41,079 nt of DNA from a virus. Its lineage: Duplodnaviria > Heunggongvirae > Uroviricota > Caudoviricetes. The translations under genes and the position numbers were made by a program. Positions 33,596 through 41,079 of the stretch are shown here, in pieces. The DNA lies in the IMG/VR virus record IMGVR_UViG_2778261579_000010, positions 1 to 41,079 of that record, one strand, 5' to 3'. Numbering within the stretch: position 1 is the first letter of the stretch; every line of letters starts with the position of its first letter. Below the pieces are notes generated by a model that did no database searches, was not told where the DNA came from, and saw only the letters and a program-made list of their open reading frames with translations.

Positions 33596-33650
33596 AAGTG
33601 AATATCATTGTTTTACTTTTTCGCAGCAAACCACTTATTTGAGGTGAGAT

Positions 33651-33824
33651 ATGGAAGCATTAGTAGTAGAGCGAAGCGAGGATGGCTACTGGACGCACCC
33701 AGAATACGCCAACCTGTTTGGGGATAGAGAGGTAATTTCAGCTGATGAGTTCAGACTTTCTGCAAGCAGCATGGCATTGAATCATCAATTGTTGAAATGG
33801 AAAACGACAACAATCAAACGGTAA
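33651..33824 (+). CDS. Small acidic early-left ORF (57 aa)
   Basis: Not in the supplied track; MEALVVERSEDGYWTHPEYANLFGDREVISADEFRLSASSMALNHQLLKWKTTTIKR; strong RBS GAGGTGAG. Confidence 0.45.
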   Translation: MEALVVERSEDGYWTHPEYANLFGDREVISADEFRLSASSMALNHQLLKWKTTTIKR

Positions 33825-33973
33825 TTGACGCGTATTTTGAAGATGGGAATCAAAACATCAGTGGATGGGAGCCAAGCATGCCAGATGGAGAAGGATGGTT
33901 TGTCGGTTCGATTCACGATACAGAAGACGGTCCGATCTGCGTTTGGTTCAGGAATGTAGATAAGGCCGAATAG
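33797..33973 (+). CDS. Small acidic early-left ORF (58 aa), overlapping the previous ORF in another frame
   Basis: Not in the supplied track; MENDNNQTVIDAYFEDGNQNISGWEPSMPDGEGWFVGSIHDTEDGPICVWFRNVDKAE; weak RBS; ends inside a terminator hairpin. Confidence 0.4.
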   Translation: MENDNNQTVIDAYFEDGNQNISGWEPSMPDGEGWFVGSIHDTEDGPICVWFRNVDKAE

Positions 33974-33988
33974 TCGGCCTTTATTTTT
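33962..33988 (+). terminator. Rho-independent terminator in the early-left operon
   Basis: Hairpin AAGGCCGA-ATAG-TCGGCCTT followed by TATTTTT. Confidence 0.6.
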
Positions 33989-34107
33989 GGCATAAACAAC
34001 AGAATAAACACAGCACTGTGTATTCATTCCAACGAGTGAATACACGGAGCAATGTCGCTCGTAACTAAACAGGAGCCGACTTGTTCTGATTATTGGAAAT
34101 CTTCTTT

Positions 34108-34134
34108 GCCCTCCGATGTGAGGGCGATTTTTTA
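34108..34134 (+). terminator. Second rho-independent terminator
   Basis: Hairpin GCCCTC-CGATGT-GAGGGC followed by GATTTTTTA. Confidence 0.6.
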
Positions 34135-34153
34135 TCTATGAGGATATGAATAG

Positions 34154-34522
34154 ATGTCAAACATCAAAAAATACATCATTGATTACGACTGGAAAGCATC
34201 AATAGAAATTGAAATCGACCATGACGTAATGACAGAGGAAAAACTTCACCAGATTAATAATTTCTGGTCAGACTCTGAATACCGACTCAATAAACACGGC
34301 TCTGTATTAAATGCTGTATTAATCATGCTGGCGCAACATGCTCTGCTTGTAGCAATTTCAAGCGACTTAAATGCATATGGTGTTGTGTGTGAGTTCGACT
34401 GGAATGATGGAAATGGTCAGGAAGGATGGCCTCCAATGGATGGTAGCGAAGGAATAAGAATTACCGATATCGATACATCAGGAATATTTGATTCAGATGA
34501 TATGACTATCAAGGCCGCCTGA
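34154..34522 (+). CDS. Highly acidic hypothetical protein (early-left region)
   Basis: 122 aa, rich in Asp/Glu (e.g. DWNDGNGQEGWPPMDGSEGIRITDIDTSGIFDSDDMT); RBS GAGGA. Confidence 0.55.
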   Translation: MSNIKKYIIDYDWKASIEIEIDHDVMTEEKLHQINNFWSDSEYRLNKHGSVLNAVLIMLAQHALLVAISSDLNAYGVVCEFDWNDGNGQEGWPPMDGSEGIRITDIDTSGIFDSDDMTIKAA

Positions 34523-34597
34523 GTGCGGCTTTACCGCATACCAATAACGCTTCACTCGAGGCGTTTTCGTTATGCAATCAAATATAAGGAGTTACCC

Positions 34598-34732
34598 ATG
34601 ATGCACTTTCAGCTCGCGGGTAGCGGCGTCATGTCCGCTTTCTACCCGCACGAATCTGAATTATCACGCCGAGTTAAACAATTAATCAGAGCAGCAAAGA
34701 AACAACTGGAGGCGTTATGCGCAATGAAATAG
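34598..34732 (+). CDS. CIII-like small protein (putative FtsH-inhibitor family)
   Basis: 44 aa from MMHFQLAGSGVMSAFYPHESELSRRVKQLIRAAKKQL; AAGGAG RBS; central ESELxRRxK amphipathic segment resembles the lambda CIII core (ESLLERITRKLR); weak similarity. Confidence 0.4.
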   Translation: MMHFQLAGSGVMSAFYPHESELSRRVKQLIRAAKKQLEALCAMK

Positions 34733-34869
34733 CCATCAATCACCAGATGCTTCGTGCTGCACAGAACAAAGCAGTAATAGCCAGATTTATTGGTGATTCA
34801 AAAATGTGGCTTGAAGCAAATAAAGCGATGAAATCAGCTATCAACCTTCCGTGGTATCGCAGGAAATGA
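34717..34869 (+). CDS. Small hypothetical protein (50 aa)
   Basis: Not in the supplied track; MRNEIAINHQMLRAAQNKAVIARFIGDSKMWLEANKAMKSAINLPWYRRK; TGGAGG RBS. Confidence 0.4.
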   Translation: MRNEIAINHQMLRAAQNKAVIARFIGDSKMWLEANKAMKSAINLPWYRRK

Positions 34870-34973
34870 GTTTTACAGATAACTGGTCAGACGAAGAATT
34901 CATTCGTCAGATGAACAAAATGCTCAATCAGCACAAAGAACAGGAGAAAGATGATGATTCTGACTCTGAATGA
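34866..34973 (+). CDS. Small acidic hypothetical protein (35 aa)
   Basis: Not in the supplied track; MSFTDNWSDEEFIRQMNKMLNQHKEQEKDDDSDSE; start overlaps the previous stop. Confidence 0.35.
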   Translation: MSFTDNWSDEEFIRQMNKMLNQHKEQEKDDDSDSE

Positions 34974-35262
34974 TAAGCGTGAAATATCGCAAATAATCGC
35001 AAGTTTTACTGATGAAGATTACGAGCGAATCAACAGTGAAGTTGATCGCCTCTGCAAACGTTGCGACCCAATAAGCGAAATGCTTCGCTCATATAAACCA
35101 GATGAACACACTAAGGACGCTATCGACTGGCTGGAAGATGATGACTGTAACTATCAGGAAAAAGCCGCTGAATGGTTCTGGGATGCAATAACCGAAAGAG
35201 TTAAGGCTGAATATGCCTTCGCAATATTTAAACTCAGACACATTTTTGGAGAAGCTGCATGA
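34951..35262 (+). CDS. Acidic hypothetical protein directly upstream of recT
   Basis: 103 aa; AGGAGAAAG RBS; ends overlapping the recT start. Confidence 0.55.
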   Translation: MMILTLNDKREISQIIASFTDEDYERINSEVDRLCKRCDPISEMLRSYKPDEHTKDAIDWLEDDDCNYQEKAAEWFWDAITERVKAEYAFAIFKLRHIFGEAA

Positions 35263-36161
35263 GCAATATCGTTGAATTCGTTAAACAGCAAGAGCAGTTA
35301 TTCTGCGGAGCATTGACTGAACAGACGGTGACATGGGCTAAGGAAAGCCAGTTTGCAATTCAGTATTTCCAGAAAAACGATTACCTGGCTAAAACAGCAC
35401 TGGCAAATCCAACCAGCGCACAGAACGCCATCATCAATGTTGCGGCGATCGGCATCACCTTAAACCCGGCCAGCAAACTGGCTTATCTGGTTCCTCGCGA
35501 CGGCATGGTGTGCCTTGATATCAGTTACATGGGATTACTTCACCTTGCACAGTCGACAGGATCAATTAAGTGGGGGCAATGCAAACTGGTGTACTCAAAC
35601 GACACCTATGAATCAAACGGCCTTGATTCAGCACCAACCCACAAATACAACGCATTTGGTGAGCGAGGCTCTATTGTTGGTGGTTATTGTACGGTTAAAA
35701 CAGCAGATGGTGACTACCTCACTGAAGAAATGAGTCTGGCAGAAATTAAAGCTGTGGAAGCAACGAGCAAGGCAAAGAATGGACCGTGGAAGACATTCTG
35801 GGAAGAGATGGCGCGTAAAACAATAGTTAAACGCGCCAGCAAATACTGGCCTAAAGCCCAGCGACTGGATAATGCCATTCACCTGCTTAACGAAGATGAA
35901 GGTATGCATCAGGAACCAGTTATGCCGCACAAATCAGAGGAAGATATCCGCGAAGATGAACGGAAACGCCAGCAGGAAATTATGGAAAAAGCACAACTTC
36001 TTTGTGATGAAATGGCTCAGGCAGAAAACATGGATGATTTGAAGCGATATTTTGCAGAAGCATATCGCCTGACATCTGGAATGAAATTGCAGCAGAACGT
36101 ACAAGCCATTTACATAGAATGCAAAGCGAAACTGGAGGTTGCCAGTGAGCAAACTGTATGA
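35259..36161 (+). CDS. recT: RecT-family single-strand annealing recombinase
   Basis: 300 aa; conserved RecT core (NGPWKTFWEEMARKTIVKRASKYWP). Confidence 0.85.
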   Translation: MSNIVEFVKQQEQLFCGALTEQTVTWAKESQFAIQYFQKNDYLAKTALANPTSAQNAIINVAAIGITLNPASKLAYLVPRDGMVCLDISYMGLLHLAQSTGSIKWGQCKLVYSNDTYESNGLDSAPTHKYNAFGERGSIVGGYCTVKTADGDYLTEEMSLAEIKAVEATSKAKNGPWKTFWEEMARKTIVKRASKYWPKAQRLDNAIHLLNEDEGMHQEPVMPHKSEEDIREDERKRQQEIMEKAQLLCDEMAQAENMDDLKRYFAEAYRLTSGMKLQQNVQAIYIECKAKLEVASEQTV

Positions 36162-36627
36162 AATTGCCAATGAATACGCAAAATTGATGGATTCAGATTT
36201 AGAACCAGAGATGATTGCTGACACAATAGAAGGCATGGAAGGAGAATTTACCGATAAAATAGAGCAACTTCTTTCCGTCATTAAAAATGAATCTGGTTAT
36301 GCTGAACGCCTCAAGGAAGAGGCAAAGTCACTGAATGAGCGAGCCGCAGTAATTCAAAATAAGATTGACAGCATCAAATCATATATAGCGTCATCGCTTG
36401 AAATGGTTGGCAAGAAAAATATTCGAGCAGGTATTCACCAGGTAACAATCCGCAAACCGTCAGAAACTGTAGAAATCATCGACTCAAGCGCCCTTCCTCC
36501 TGAATACGTTGAGTTTGAAACGACAATTAAAGCCGACAAACTGGCAATCAAACACCAACTAAAAGCAGGAATAAATATCCCCGGCGCTCAACTCAAAGTT
36601 GGGAAACCTTCACTTCTTATCAAATAA
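36145..36627 (+). CDS. Gp157-like phage protein paired with the recombinase
   Basis: About 160 aa, coiled-coil-rich; GGAGG 6 nt upstream of a GTG start (an in-frame TTG lies at 36139). Confidence 0.5.
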   Translation: MSKLYEIANEYAKLMDSDLEPEMIADTIEGMEGEFTDKIEQLLSVIKNESGYAERLKEEAKSLNERAAVIQNKIDSIKSYIASSLEMVGKKNIRAGIHQVTIRKPSETVEIIDSSALPPEYVEFETTIKADKLAIKHQLKAGINIPGAQLKVGKPSLLIK

Positions 36628-36638
36628 CGGTATCGCCT

Positions 36639-36953
36639 ATGAAAAAGACTCCATGGGAGAAATGGGAAGTCGATTTCTTGCGCGAAGTGGCGGCGACAAT
36701 GCCAGTTGAAGTTATCGCTGAAAAACTGGAAAGGACTGAAAAAGCAGTAATGGCGAAAGCAACAAGGATTGGAGCTGACATTGTTAGCCGACTTCGTGGA
36801 AGACGCTGGACAAGAGCCGAAGTATCACTTTTCGGTAAGTTCTCCGCAGAAGAAATAGCAATTGCAACCTGCCGCTCAATTTATTCAGTAAGAGCTATGC
36901 GATACAAGCTAAAAAAACTCGATGAAGAAAGAGCAGGCATACGAATAAATTAA
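36639..36953 (+). CDS. Hypothetical phage protein
   Basis: 104-aa ORF in the operon. Confidence 0.5.
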   Translation: MKKTPWEKWEVDFLREVAATMPVEVIAEKLERTEKAVMAKATRIGADIVSRLRGRRWTRAEVSLFGKFSAEEIAIATCRSIYSVRAMRYKLKKLDEERAGIRIN

Positions 36954-36969
36954 CAAAGAGGAATTTACC

Positions 36970-37134
36970 ATGAGAGGACTTGCATACAATCCCGGCATTC
37001 TTCCGGCAGAAATGATTATTCGCCAACGCGTAAAGACAATGCCATCGAGAGAGGAATTGCTTAAGAGAAATTCTTTTCCGTCAGTGAATCAAAACAAATA
37101 TCTGAATGCGATGTGGCGGAGTGGGAAGAAATGA
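36970..37134 (+). CDS. Small hypothetical protein (54 aa)
   Basis: Not in the supplied track; [34 protein letters not shown]...; AGAGGA RBS; stop overlaps the next start. Confidence 0.4.
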   Translation: MRGLAYNPGILPAEMIIRQRVKTMPSREELLKRNSFPSVNQNKYLNAMWRSGKK

Positions 37135-37580
37135 AACAAATGTCACTAATTGAGATGGATGGATTTCTGAAAGGTAGATGCATCCCACGAGATTTAAAGG
37201 TTAACGAAACAAACGCTGAATATCTGGTGCGTAAATTTGCTGAAGCGGAGGCCAAGTGCGCGGCGCTGGCGGCGGAGAATGCGGGGCTGAAGTCTGGCGC
37301 TATGGACGAAATCAAGGTTATCAACCGTGGAGGGCAGGCATATTGCGTAAAAGATGGAGTGCAAGTCAATCCCATGTATGCAAGAGGGTGGAATGACTAT
37401 CGCGCAAAGTCTCTGCAATCAGACACCCCAGCCACCGACGCTTTCTTGGCTGAAGTACGGGCGCAGGGCGTGGAGATGGCTATGGAGCATATGCAGTCGA
37501 GCGGTTCGTTAACATTTGGAGATTGCTACATATCACTTAACGAGTTCGCCGACCAGCTTCGCAAAGGAGGCAACAAGTGA
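37131..37580 (+). CDS. Hypothetical phage protein
   Basis: 149 aa from [12 protein letters not shown] (first ATG of the ORF). Confidence 0.5.
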   Translation: MKQMSLIEMDGFLKGRCIPRDLKVNETNAEYLVRKFAEAEAKCAALAAENAGLKSGAMDEIKVINRGGQAYCVKDGVQVNPMYARGWNDYRAKSLQSDTPATDAFLAEVRAQGVEMAMEHMQSSGSLTFGDCYISLNEFADQLRKGGNK

Positions 37581-37876
37581 CTGTATGTCTTATTGATAAA
37601 CGTCGACGTGGGCAACAAATACCATCTGTTGAAATGCCGAATCACACATGGTTTTGCGTACTTGATATCGATGGTATGGATACGTTGATCGACACTCGTC
37701 ATTACTGCGATACCGCAACAGCTACTCCTGCAAAAGCAAAGAAAATGGCTGCTCTGATAGAAAACTGGACTCCACCTGATGGTTGGTGCAATGGGAATGA
37801 TCGGGATTGGCACGAAAAAATGAAGGGCTATATCTGCGATTTTTTACGTAAATGCAACGGATTCAGGGTGATGTGA
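37577..37876 (+). CDS. Hypothetical phage protein
   Basis: 99-aa ORF; GTG start overlapping the upstream stop; an internal ATG at 37634 is an alternative. Confidence 0.4.
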   Translation: MTVCLIDKRRRGQQIPSVEMPNHTWFCVLDIDGMDTLIDTRHYCDTATATPAKAKKMAALIENWTPPDGWCNGNDRDWHEKMKGYICDFLRKCNGFRVM

Positions 37877-37877
37877 C

Positions 37878-38438
37878 ATGAGCAAGATTGACTATCAGGC
37901 ACTGCGTGAAAAGGCAGAGAAAGCAACGTGTGGTGTATGGTCGCTCGAATATGGAGAGAGCCGATTTGATTGTGATGATGCGCTAATTCATCGCGAGGCT
38001 GCTGGATATATTCCCATTTGCAGAATTGAAGGAGCGCATCCTGAAAGCGGTTTCGATGAAGATTTCCAAATGGAACAGCAGGCCAATGCTGAATTCATCG
38101 CCGCAGCCAATCCGGCTACCGTCTTGGCGCTGCTTGGCGAGCTGGAAGCAGCAAAAAAGCGCATAGCAGAACTGGAAGCCGAACTCGTAAGCCAAACTTA
38201 CAAGTTGAACGAGCTATCGGGCAACTCTCCGGTAACTCCTGATGGTTGGATAAGCTGTAGTGATCGAATGCCGAAAGGGTATGCTGATGTGTTAGTGACC
38301 GACGGCGAGCATGTCGAGGTTAAATGGTGGGATGAATCTGGGTATTGGAATAGTTGGACGGAACTTAACTCAGATATCTTTGCCGATGAAATAACTCACT
38401 GGATGCCGCTACCGAAACCGCCGCAGGAGGTGAAGTGA
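37878..38438 (+). CDS. Ead/Ea22-like protein with DUF551-like C-terminal domain
   Basis: 186 aa; C-terminal DGWISCSDRMPKGYADVLV...GYWNSWTE resembles the DUF551 signature common in enterobacterial prophages. Confidence 0.55.
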   Translation: MSKIDYQALREKAEKATCGVWSLEYGESRFDCDDALIHREAAGYIPICRIEGAHPESGFDEDFQMEQQANAEFIAAANPATVLALLGELEAAKKRIAELEAELVSQTYKLNELSGNSPVTPDGWISCSDRMPKGYADVLVTDGEHVEVKWWDESGYWNSWTELNSDIFADEITHWMPLPKPPQEVK

Positions 38439-38557
38439 TGGACTCCTTCGCGAAATATACGATTATTGACTGGATAGCATTCCTTCAGGTTTTGCTCATC
38501 TGGTTTTATATGGCTTACAGGAGTGGACAGTGGATTGTAAGTGTGGCATGTAGCAAG
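38438..38557 (+). CDS. Small hydrophobic ORF (39 aa)
   Basis: Not in the supplied track; MDSFAKYTIIDWIAFLQVLLIWFYMAYRSGQWIVSVACSK; start overlaps the previous stop. Confidence 0.3.
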
Positions 38558-38712
38558 TGATGGCGTTGGTGGAACCGAAAGAATAAAAAAGCACTGGCAT
38601 TGGATTCGTTTTACGAAGCATTCAATCTTAACAGTCTTCAGCCTGGTTCTGTCATTGTAGTCACCACTCAAAGCGGCATGACCATTCAGACTCATAAACC
38701 AAAAGAGGGAAA

Positions 38713-38802
38713 ATGATGTGGCCTATATGTGTTAATTGCGGACGGATGTGCCTATCTGGATGGTGCCGAAAGTGCGACAAATGCACGAAGAAAAGACAAT
38801 AA
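38713..38802 (+). CDS. Small Cys-rich zinc-ribbon-like ORF (29 aa)
   Basis: Not in the supplied track; MMWPICVNCGRMCLSGWCRKCDKCTKKRQ; AGAGGGA RBS; paired CxxC motifs. Confidence 0.35.
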   Translation: MMWPICVNCGRMCLSGWCRKCDKCTKKRQ

Positions 38803-38874
38803 CAATCCTCGCACTCGCGGGGATTTCTTTTATCTGAACTCGCTACGGCGAGTTTTGTTTTATGGAGATGATAA

Positions 38875-39042
38875 ATGCACTTCCGAGTCACAGGTGAATG
38901 GAATGGAGAACCATTCGACAGGGTTATCGAAGCAGAGGACATCAATGACTGCTATAACCACTGGATGCTGTGGGCGCAGATAGCACATGCAGAAGTAACC
39001 AATATTCGAATTGAAGAACTGAAAGAACACAAAAACGCCTGA
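38875..39042 (+). CDS. Small hypothetical protein (55 aa) at the prophage right end
   Basis: Not in the supplied track; MHFRVTGEWNGEPFDRVIEAEDINDCYNHWMLWAQIAHAEVTNIRIEELKEHKNA; GGAG RBS; followed by a terminator. Confidence 0.45.
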   Translation: MHFRVTGEWNGEPFDRVIEAEDINDCYNHWMLWAQIAHAEVTNIRIEELKEHKNA

Positions 39043-39058
39043 TGGCGGTTTTTTTTAT
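39031..39058 (+). terminator. Rho-independent terminator
   Basis: Short hairpin CGCC-TGAT-GGCG followed by TTTTTTTTAT. Confidence 0.45.
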
Positions 39059-39066
39059 TGCCTGAT

Positions 39067-39082
39067 TTGCAGGTTCGATTCC
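39067..39082 (+). repeat. 16-bp copy of the argW T-arm segment (TTGCAGGTTCGATTCC) upstream of torI
   Basis: Identical to 1054..1069 of the tRNA; together with attR it reproduces the last 30 nt of argW, split by about 293 bp. Confidence 0.7.
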
Positions 39083-39101
39083 CTATTCGGAGATAGCACT
39101 C

Positions 39102-39302
39102 ATGCAACACGAACTACAACCTGATTCACTGGTTGATTTGAAATTCATCATGGCCGATACTGGCTTCGGTAAAACCTTCATCTACGACCGGATTAAGTCC
39201 GGCGACCTGCCAAAAGCCAAAGTTATCCACGGGCGAGCAAGATGGTTATATCGTGACCATTGTGAATTCAAAAATAAGCTCTTAAGCCGCGCCAATGGGT
39301 AA
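39102..39302 (+). CDS. torI: Excisionase / recombination directionality factor TorI (AlpA-Xis family)
   Basis: 66 aa MQHELQPDSLVDLKFIMADTGFGKTFIYDRIKSGDLPKAKVIHGRARWLYRDHCEFKNKLLSRANG; matches TorI of KplE1 as recalled; sits next to attR. Confidence 0.85.
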   Translation: MQHELQPDSLVDLKFIMADTGFGKTFIYDRIKSGDLPKAKVIHGRARWLYRDHCEFKNKLLSRANG

Positions 39303-39319
39303 AATAGCGGGTAAAATAT
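39297..39319 (+). promoter_or_regulatory. Tandem GGGTAAAAT motifs near attR (candidate Int/TorI binding sites)
   Basis: TGGGTAAAATAGCGGGTAAAATATT contains two direct copies; the same motif recurs three times in attL. Confidence 0.35.
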
Positions 39320-39375
39320 TTCTCACATCTAAAAAACACCATTCCAATCAATCCCCTGCCGCTTCAAGTAGATGT

Positions 39376-39390
39376 CTGCAGGGGACACCA
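39376..39390 (+). repeat. attR core (CTGCAGGGGACACCA)
   Basis: Exact 15-bp repeat of the tRNA 3' end (1069..1083). Confidence 0.8.
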
Positions 39391-39831
39391 GATACCCTTC
39401 TAACAATATCTACCTTCACCCCGTAAAAGATGGGTTTGGCAGCACACTTGCCCTATATCTACTCATTTTTACTGCAACAGGTTGAAATCTCAGCACTGTC
39501 AGAAAGCGCTGATGACTAAACAGCCCTGGGCCGGGCGATGTAACCATCATACAGAATCCTGATAGCGAAATATGGCGTGACTCGATACTTCACTCTGCAA
39601 TGCATTCCTTGATGAATTCGCAGGCCCGTGATACTCGGGACAGGTCGCTGAATGACGACAATGTCCTGGAAATCAGCGAACCGCGTATCCGGAGTACATT
39701 TGAGCGACTGTACCAGAACATGAATGAGGCGTTTGGATTAGGTGATTATTAGTTGGGCTAAGCATTTTTGTATTATTATTTTCCGGTTGAGGGATATGGA
39801 GATATCGACAACAACCGGAAAAAGTTTACGT

Positions 39832-41079
39832 CTATATTGCTGAAGGTACAGGCGTTTCCATAACTATTTGCTCGCGTTTTTTACTCAGGAAGAAAATGCC
39901 AAATAGCAACATCAGGCAGACAATACCCGAAATTGCGAAGAAAACTGTCTGGTAGCCTGCGTGGTCAAAGAGTATCCCAGTCGGCGTTGAAAGCAGCACA
40001 ATCCCAAGCGAACTGGCAATTTGAAAACCAATCAGAAAGATCGTCGACGACAGGCGCTTATCAAAGTTTGCCACGCTGTATTTGAAGACGGATATGACAC
40101 AAAGTGGAACCTCAATGGCATGTAACAGCTTCACTAATGAAATAATCCAGGGGTTAACGAACAACGCGCAGGAAAGGATACGCAACGCCATAATCACAAC
40201 ACCGATAAGTAATGCATTTTTTGGCCCTACCCGATTCACAAAGAAAGGAATAATCGCCATGCACAGCGCTTCGAGTACCACCTGGAATGAGTTGAGATAA
40301 CCATACAGGCGCGTTCCTACATCGTGTGATTCGAATAAACCTGCATAAAAGACAGGAAAGAGTTGTTGATCAAAAATGTTATAGAAAGACCACGTCCCCA
40401 CAATAAATATGACGAAAACCCAGAAGTTTCGATCCTTGAAAACTGCGATAAAATCCTCTTTTTTTACCCCTCCCGCATCCGCCGCTATGCACTGGTGATC
40501 CTTATCTTTAAAACGCATGTTGATCATCATAAATACAGCGCCAAATAGCGAGACCAACCAGAAGTTGATATGGGGACTGATACTAAAAAATATGCCGGCA
40601 AAGAACGCGCCAATAGCATAGCCAAAAGATCCCCAGGCGCGCGCTGTTCCATATTCGAAATGAAAATTTCGCGCCATTTTTTCAGTGAAGCTGTCAAGCA
40701 AACCACATCCCGCCAGATACCCCAGGCCAAAAAAGAGCGCCCCCAGAATTAGACCTACAGAAAAATTGCTTTGCAGTAACGGTTCATAAACGTAAATCAT
40801 AAACGGTCCGGTCAAGACCAGAATGAAACTCATACACCAGATGAGCGGTTTCTTCAGACCGAGTTTATCCTGAACGATGCCGTAGAACATCATAAATAGA
40901 ATGCTGGTAAACTGGTTGACCGAATAAAGTGTACCTAATTCCGTCCCTGTTAATCCTAGATGTCCTTTCAGCCAAATAGCGTATAACGACCACCACAGCG
41001 ACCAGGAAATAAAAAAGAGAAATGAGTAACTGGATGCAAAACGATAGTATGCATTTCTGAATGGAATATTCAGTGCCAT
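39832..41079 (-). CDS. cscB: Sucrose:H+ symporter CscB (LacY-family MFS permease)
   Basis: 415 aa, 12 predicted TM helices; N-terminus MALNIPFRNAYYRFASSYSFLFFISWSLWWSLYAIWLKGHLGLTG matches CscB as recalled; start codon is the last triplet of the window. Confidence 0.85.
   Translation of the reverse strand: MALNIPFRNAYYRFASSYSFLFFISWSLWWSLYAIWLKGHLGLTGTELGTLYSVNQFTSILFMMFYGIVQDKLGLKKPLIWCMSFILVLTGPFMIYVYEPLLQSNFSVGLILGALFFGLGYLAGCGLLDSFTEKMARNFHFEYGTARAWGSFGYAIGAFFAGIFFSISPHINFWLVSLFGAVFMMINMRFKDKDHQCIAADAGGVKKEDFIAVFKDRNFWVFVIFIVGTWSFYNIFDQQLFPVFYAGLFESHDVGTRLYGYLNSFQVVLEALCMAIIPFFVNRVGPKNALLIGVVIMALRILSCALFVNPWIISLVKLLHAIEVPLCVISVFKYSVANFDKRLSSTIFLIGFQIASSLGIVLLSTPTGILFDHAGYQTVFFAISGIVCLMLLFGIFFLSKKREQIVMETPVPSAI

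Noticed and set aside
33785-34045. 86-aa minus-strand ORF across the early-left terminators
   Set aside because: Antisense to the pL operon and spans two terminator hairpins; no start context.
38396-38983. ORFs 38396..38695 (minus), 38661..38945 (minus) and 38729..38983 (plus)
   Set aside because: They run against or across the plus-strand operon, lack RBSs, and overlap better-supported small plus-strand ORFs.

Overview
The window is a host chromosome / prophage junction of Escherichia-type. It opens with yfdC (1..933) and tRNA-Arg argW (1009..1083), the KplE1/CPS-53 integration site, and ends with cscB (39832..41079) of the sucrose csc island. In between (about 1069..39390) lies an apparently complete, ~38.3 kb mosaic lambdoid prophage bounded by a 15-bp direct repeat of the tRNA 3' end. 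Modules, in order: P4-family integrase IntS; P22/Sf6-type tailspike; P22-type immI (ant, arc, mnt) with two cargo genes; P22-like virion and packaging genes; Rz/Rz1, lambda R and S; lambda Q with pR'; a nin region; a primase-helicase plus O-like initiator with iterons; cII, cro and cI of 434 type with three OR and three OL operators; lambda N with nutL/nutR; an early-left operon with a RecT recombinase and many small acidic ORFs; and the excisionase TorI. All identifications are from reading the sequence and recalling protein families from memory; no database search was run. The strongest candidates for undescribed biology are the secreted protein co-transcribed with cI, the membrane-protein/lipoprotein pair behind mnt, the acidic early-left proteins, the expanded ORF-free Q-S leader, and the att architecture around torI.
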